This document shows positions 60,444-64,000 of a DNA stretch of 64,000 bases, piece after piece (the first letter of the stretch is position 1; the number at the start of each line of letters is the position of its first letter). A program made the position numbers and the translations under genes. The notes under the pieces were generated by a model. It had not been told where the DNA came from. It searched no databases and was given only the letters and a program-made list of their open reading frames with translations. Source of the DNA: Trichosphaerium sp. ATCC 40318. Taxonomy: Eukaryota > Protista > Tubulinea. Where the stretch lies: NCBI GenBank assembly GCA_038496445.1, contig JALMLS010000455.1, positions 744,001 to 808,000 on the forward strand. The letters are read 5' to 3'.

Positions 60444-62298
60444 ATGTTAGCATCACATGTTCTTACCAGTATCGCAATTATCTTTATTATTTGCTGTCTC
60501 GTTCCCGTACAATCTCAAAACATGTCAAGTACAGTTATTGGAAGTGGGCTAGAAGGTAATAAGTTGTGCTAGTACTGTATCTGACTCAGATGTAGGCGAC
60601 GCTGTACTTTCAACACTCCCAGAGTCTGTTATGATGAGAGACCCATCGTGTATGTCTTTACGAGTCTTTTTTAATCATTGTGGATAGTTATAGAAGTCAT
60701 TGAACCCGATCTAAAGCTTGCATTTTCGGATAGTGGCAACCATGTAATACGACTTTTATCCAAACGTGTAGTGACAATCATTGTGGGTACGATGCTCGCT
60801 AATTGCATGTTCAATAACACTATACACTCAGGTACACCAGGGCAAGCAGGGGAATCTACAGACAACACTAAAGGTGTAGACGCTCGCATTGATACTCCAA
60901 AAGGTTCTAATCTCAAGTGTTTTATATTATTATCACTAACACGTGCGCATGAAGGGTTGCTACAATCTGAATTATTTGGATTTATTTTCTGCGACTCTGG
61001 TAACGATAGAGTGATGCGTATTGATCCTATGACACAAACTATCCATACACTTGCAGACACCGACAAAGGTACACTTTAACTACAGGCACTTGTTGATATT
61101 TGTCGTAGCTGCCGCGTTCTCATGCAGCGGAATATCTCAAAGTACTGGAAACGACTCTAAAATATACATTGCAGATCCTGTGAATAGTGCCATATGGACA
61201 ATTGTAAGAAACAACAAAGTCCAAAAGACATTACTTACAATTATCTGATTTTAGGACAGCCAAGAGACGTTGACACGTTTGGCTGTTGACCTTGCTGGTC
61301 CTCCTGTAGATATCACTATCGTACCTGAATTGGCTACTATACAAAATGTGCTATGTGTTTCTATACCCAGTAGACATATCTTACACCTCTTTTTTGATGT
61401 TGCTCCATTTAACGCTACCCTTGGCACACTCGATTCTCCAGGTATGTTTGAACTTTCTTTTTCTACCAAAGGCAACTAACAACTGAAGGGTATATTCATG
61501 GTGGTGCTAGTATTTTTGGGAACGGTCATTTTAATACTCCAATGAATGTTGCTTCCTCTAAAGCACGTTCATGAATTATCGGTCATATGTTAATACATTT
61601 GTATCTAGGATAGAATCTATGTAAGTGATACTGGAAATCAAGTTGTACGTACTATAAGAGCGACTCCTCTTGGTTCTTTAGTAATATGGACTCTCTTAGG
61701 AAACACAACCAAGTACGAATTTGATTTTCTTTTTCGAAAAAGCCATAAGATCTAATAGAAAAATAGAGGTTTTTCTGGCGATGAAACATCATTGTTATTC
61801 GAAGTGAGATCCATTTGACTATTCTTATTTTTTTCTGATGTTTGTATTCTTGTAGACTCAAGTTGATACGCCTTTGGGGCTTGCTTTTATTAATAAAAGT
61901 AGGGCAGCATTATATGTTGTAGATAGCAAAAACTACAGGATAAGAGGTACTCAAAAAACTTACTTGAACGATGTGATTAACTCCTTCTGTTGTCAGAATT
62001 CTCTCCTGGTTCTTCTTTTAACTCCTTCCAAACGCTACCTCCTCTTGCCCCACCAACCACTATTGCTCCTACATCTGTAGCACCAACAATAGAGCCAACA
62101 GAATCACCAACAGATCCTCCAATTCCAACACCTTCACTTGGCCAAACTACAGAATCGCCAACAAACCAGCCAACAAACCAGCCTACAATGCCAACAACAT
62201 CTTCACCAAACCAACCAACTTCAACACAGTTTAGTAGTGCAGTCATAAATATTTGGAGTATTTTTATATCAGCAATGAGCGTATTGTGTTTGTTGTAG
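60444..62298 (+). CDS. Secreted NHL-repeat surface protein with Pro/Thr stalk and probable GPI signal, copy 2
   Basis: MLASHVLTSIAIIFIICCLVPVQSQ signal peptide; same exon structure as 29895-32152; tail ..FSSAVINIWSIFISAMSVLCLL*. Confidence 0.85.
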
Positions 62299-62772
62299 AA
62301 ATACATTCGTTATTGTTCACGTACACTTGAGGGTACGCATTGAATAAACTGTTTAGCCAAGCTTTGCACTTTTTCTGTCTTACCCTCACTCCACAATCAC
62401 TATTGTTGTGATGAAACTACCCAACGCGCTGCGTTAAGCAACATATTTTCGTATTTGGTAGATACCAGCTATTTGAAAACAGAGATACGCAGCTAGGCGG
62501 TGTTTGTTCACGTACAGAATAAATTCACTATTGTTTTAAAACAAAAACTTTATGACGGAGATTTATTGACGCCTAAAGACAACTTGTGAACACGTGCCAA
62601 AGTAGTCAGAGATATCTCTTATGGTACTGTGCGGTTATAGCTAGAAAACAAAACTATGTTTAGTGTTGACTTATTTCTCAGAAAACATCCAACAACAAAT
62701 CAATACAAACTGAGTCCTTTTCCTTTGATGCGTGTCAGCAATCTCCGTAAACGTCACCACAATTAACCAGCC

Positions 62773-62814
62773 GTAAATTAAGCTGGTCTATAGGTAAATT
62801 AAGCTGGTCTATAG
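62773..62814. repeat. Perfect 21-bp tandem duplication
   Basis: gtaaattaagctggtctatag occurs twice in tandem. Confidence 0.9.
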
Positions 62815-63328
62815 GGCGGGTCTTAAACCAAATATCCAACATCAAGGTTACCAAATACTTGGTACCCGAATGAGTGAAGTTCATCATCATATTCGTGGAA
62901 TTGCTATTTTTTTTTGCTAAATTATTTGATAACTTATTACCACAGTTGACTTTGCCGTTTGGTCACGAAGACAACTGACGCGGTATCTTTTTTGCTAGTA
63001 CGTAAACGCATTATTCTCTTGTAGGGAATATTCTTCGTACAGATTTTCTATTTAGGTCAGCAAAAAGTAATTTGTTCGATTTAAAGTCATTTCGTGGTAA
63101 AGGTATGTTTATAAGGCGTAACCATTCCGAGTTTATTAGAAAAACGTGATATCAGATACTCCAAGTAAAACCGTCGCTTTTTTAATCATTCCACTTTATA
63201 CAGGTCCCAAAGCCACTACGTGGGGTTTGCGCAAGTTTAGTAAACTCTCAGGCTTTTCTCTTTACCTTTTCCAAAAAATCGCTTAACTGTAACAGACTTC
63301 TTTTAGATCTATCAGCACCTGACTCTAA

Positions 63329-64000
63329 ATGTCATCAAAGCGAGGACCATATCACCTTATAGACGATGCACCTAATACTCTATTAAATTTACCTTGTGAC
63401 ATACAACGGTACTTGTGTACATTCAATGAGGAAACATTTAAGAAGTTTCATATCCTATCAAAAAGAGCTGCTATCAACACACACTACAATACTGACCTTG
63501 AGAGAAACGGTCTTTGGATGACTTGGTATCCAAGTGGACATTCAAGATCTCATTGTAGAGTGGTTAATGGAAAAGATATCGGCGAGTTTAAACAGTGGTA
63601 TGATGATGAAAGTGGACAACTTGAAATACAGTGTTGGCTATTTGGAAAAGATGAAAAAGGAGAAGATATCTATAATGGTGATTATAAGCAGTTTTATAAG
63701 AATGGACAAATTGAACTTTGTCATAAATATGTTGATGGTATTTTGAGTGGTAATACTAAATGGTATGAAAACGGACAACTTTACTGGGAAATCAATTATT
63801 CCAATGGTAAAAGAAGTGGTGAGTGCAAAAAATACTATGATAACGGAAAAATCAAAGTTCACTGTTGGTATGTTGATGATAAAATAGAAGGGGAGGCAAC
63901 ACTGTGGTATGAAAATGGAAACATTAAAAAAAAATCAAGTTATAAAAAAGGTATTCAGAATGGTGAGCTAGAGCAGTTTTATGATAATGGACAAATTGAT
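63329..64000 (+). CDS. Intronless F-box-like + MORN-variant repeat protein (runs off the window)
   Basis: MSSKRG..LLNLPCDIQRYLCTFN..FHILSKRAAINTHYN..NGLW, a close paralog of the 45839 gene. MORN repeats stay open to the window end. Confidence 0.85.
   Translation, partial: MSSKRGPYHLIDDAPNTLLNLPCDIQRYLCTFNEETFKKFHILSKRAAINTHYNTDLERNGLWMTWYPSGHSRSHCRVVNGKDIGEFKQWYDDESGQLEIQCWLFGKDEKGEDIYNGDYKQFYKNGQIELCHKYVDGILSGNTKWYENGQLYWEINYSNGKRSGECKKYYDNGKIKVHCWYVDDKIEGEATLWYENGNIKKKSSYKKGIQNGELEQFYDNGQID

Noticed and set aside
28000-64000. Endogenous giant virus region
   Set aside because: No capsid, polymerase, packaging ATPase or other core viral gene was recognised, and the virus-like genes are interspersed with intron-rich host genes.

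Overview
AT-rich, intron-dense eukaryotic nuclear DNA (introns mostly ~45-120 nt, donors GTAC/GTATG/GTAAG, some GCACG). The gene content suggests a free-living amoeba or similar protist (inference). Because of the introns, the six-frame ORF track is fragmentary; all gene models below were spliced by eye, so inner exon boundaries are approximate. Conserved, multi-exon genes: an atypical Rho-family GTPase, a very large DOT1-type H3K79 methyltransferase with PHD fingers and AT-hooks, a FERM protein, MED14, a putative Ig-fold/beta-trefoil transcription factor, and an ankyrin-filamin-coiled-coil protein. Fast-turnover zones (about 26-47 kb and 56-64 kb) hold intronless F-box/MORN-variant and F-box/LRR genes and their relics, two paralogous NHL-repeat GPI-anchored surface proteins and several TIR elements. 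A 5'-truncated LINE with TSD sits at 2.2-3.0 kb. The best candidate for an undescribed system is a head-to-head pair of ankyrin-repeat/PARP-like ADP-ribosyltransferase genes built on a palindrome. Each ankyrin repeat has its own exon, the arms are homogenised in patches, one copy has an intact H-G/Y/E site plus a coiled coil, and the other has H-V and has lost its tail. No rRNA, tRNA or CRISPR array was recognised.
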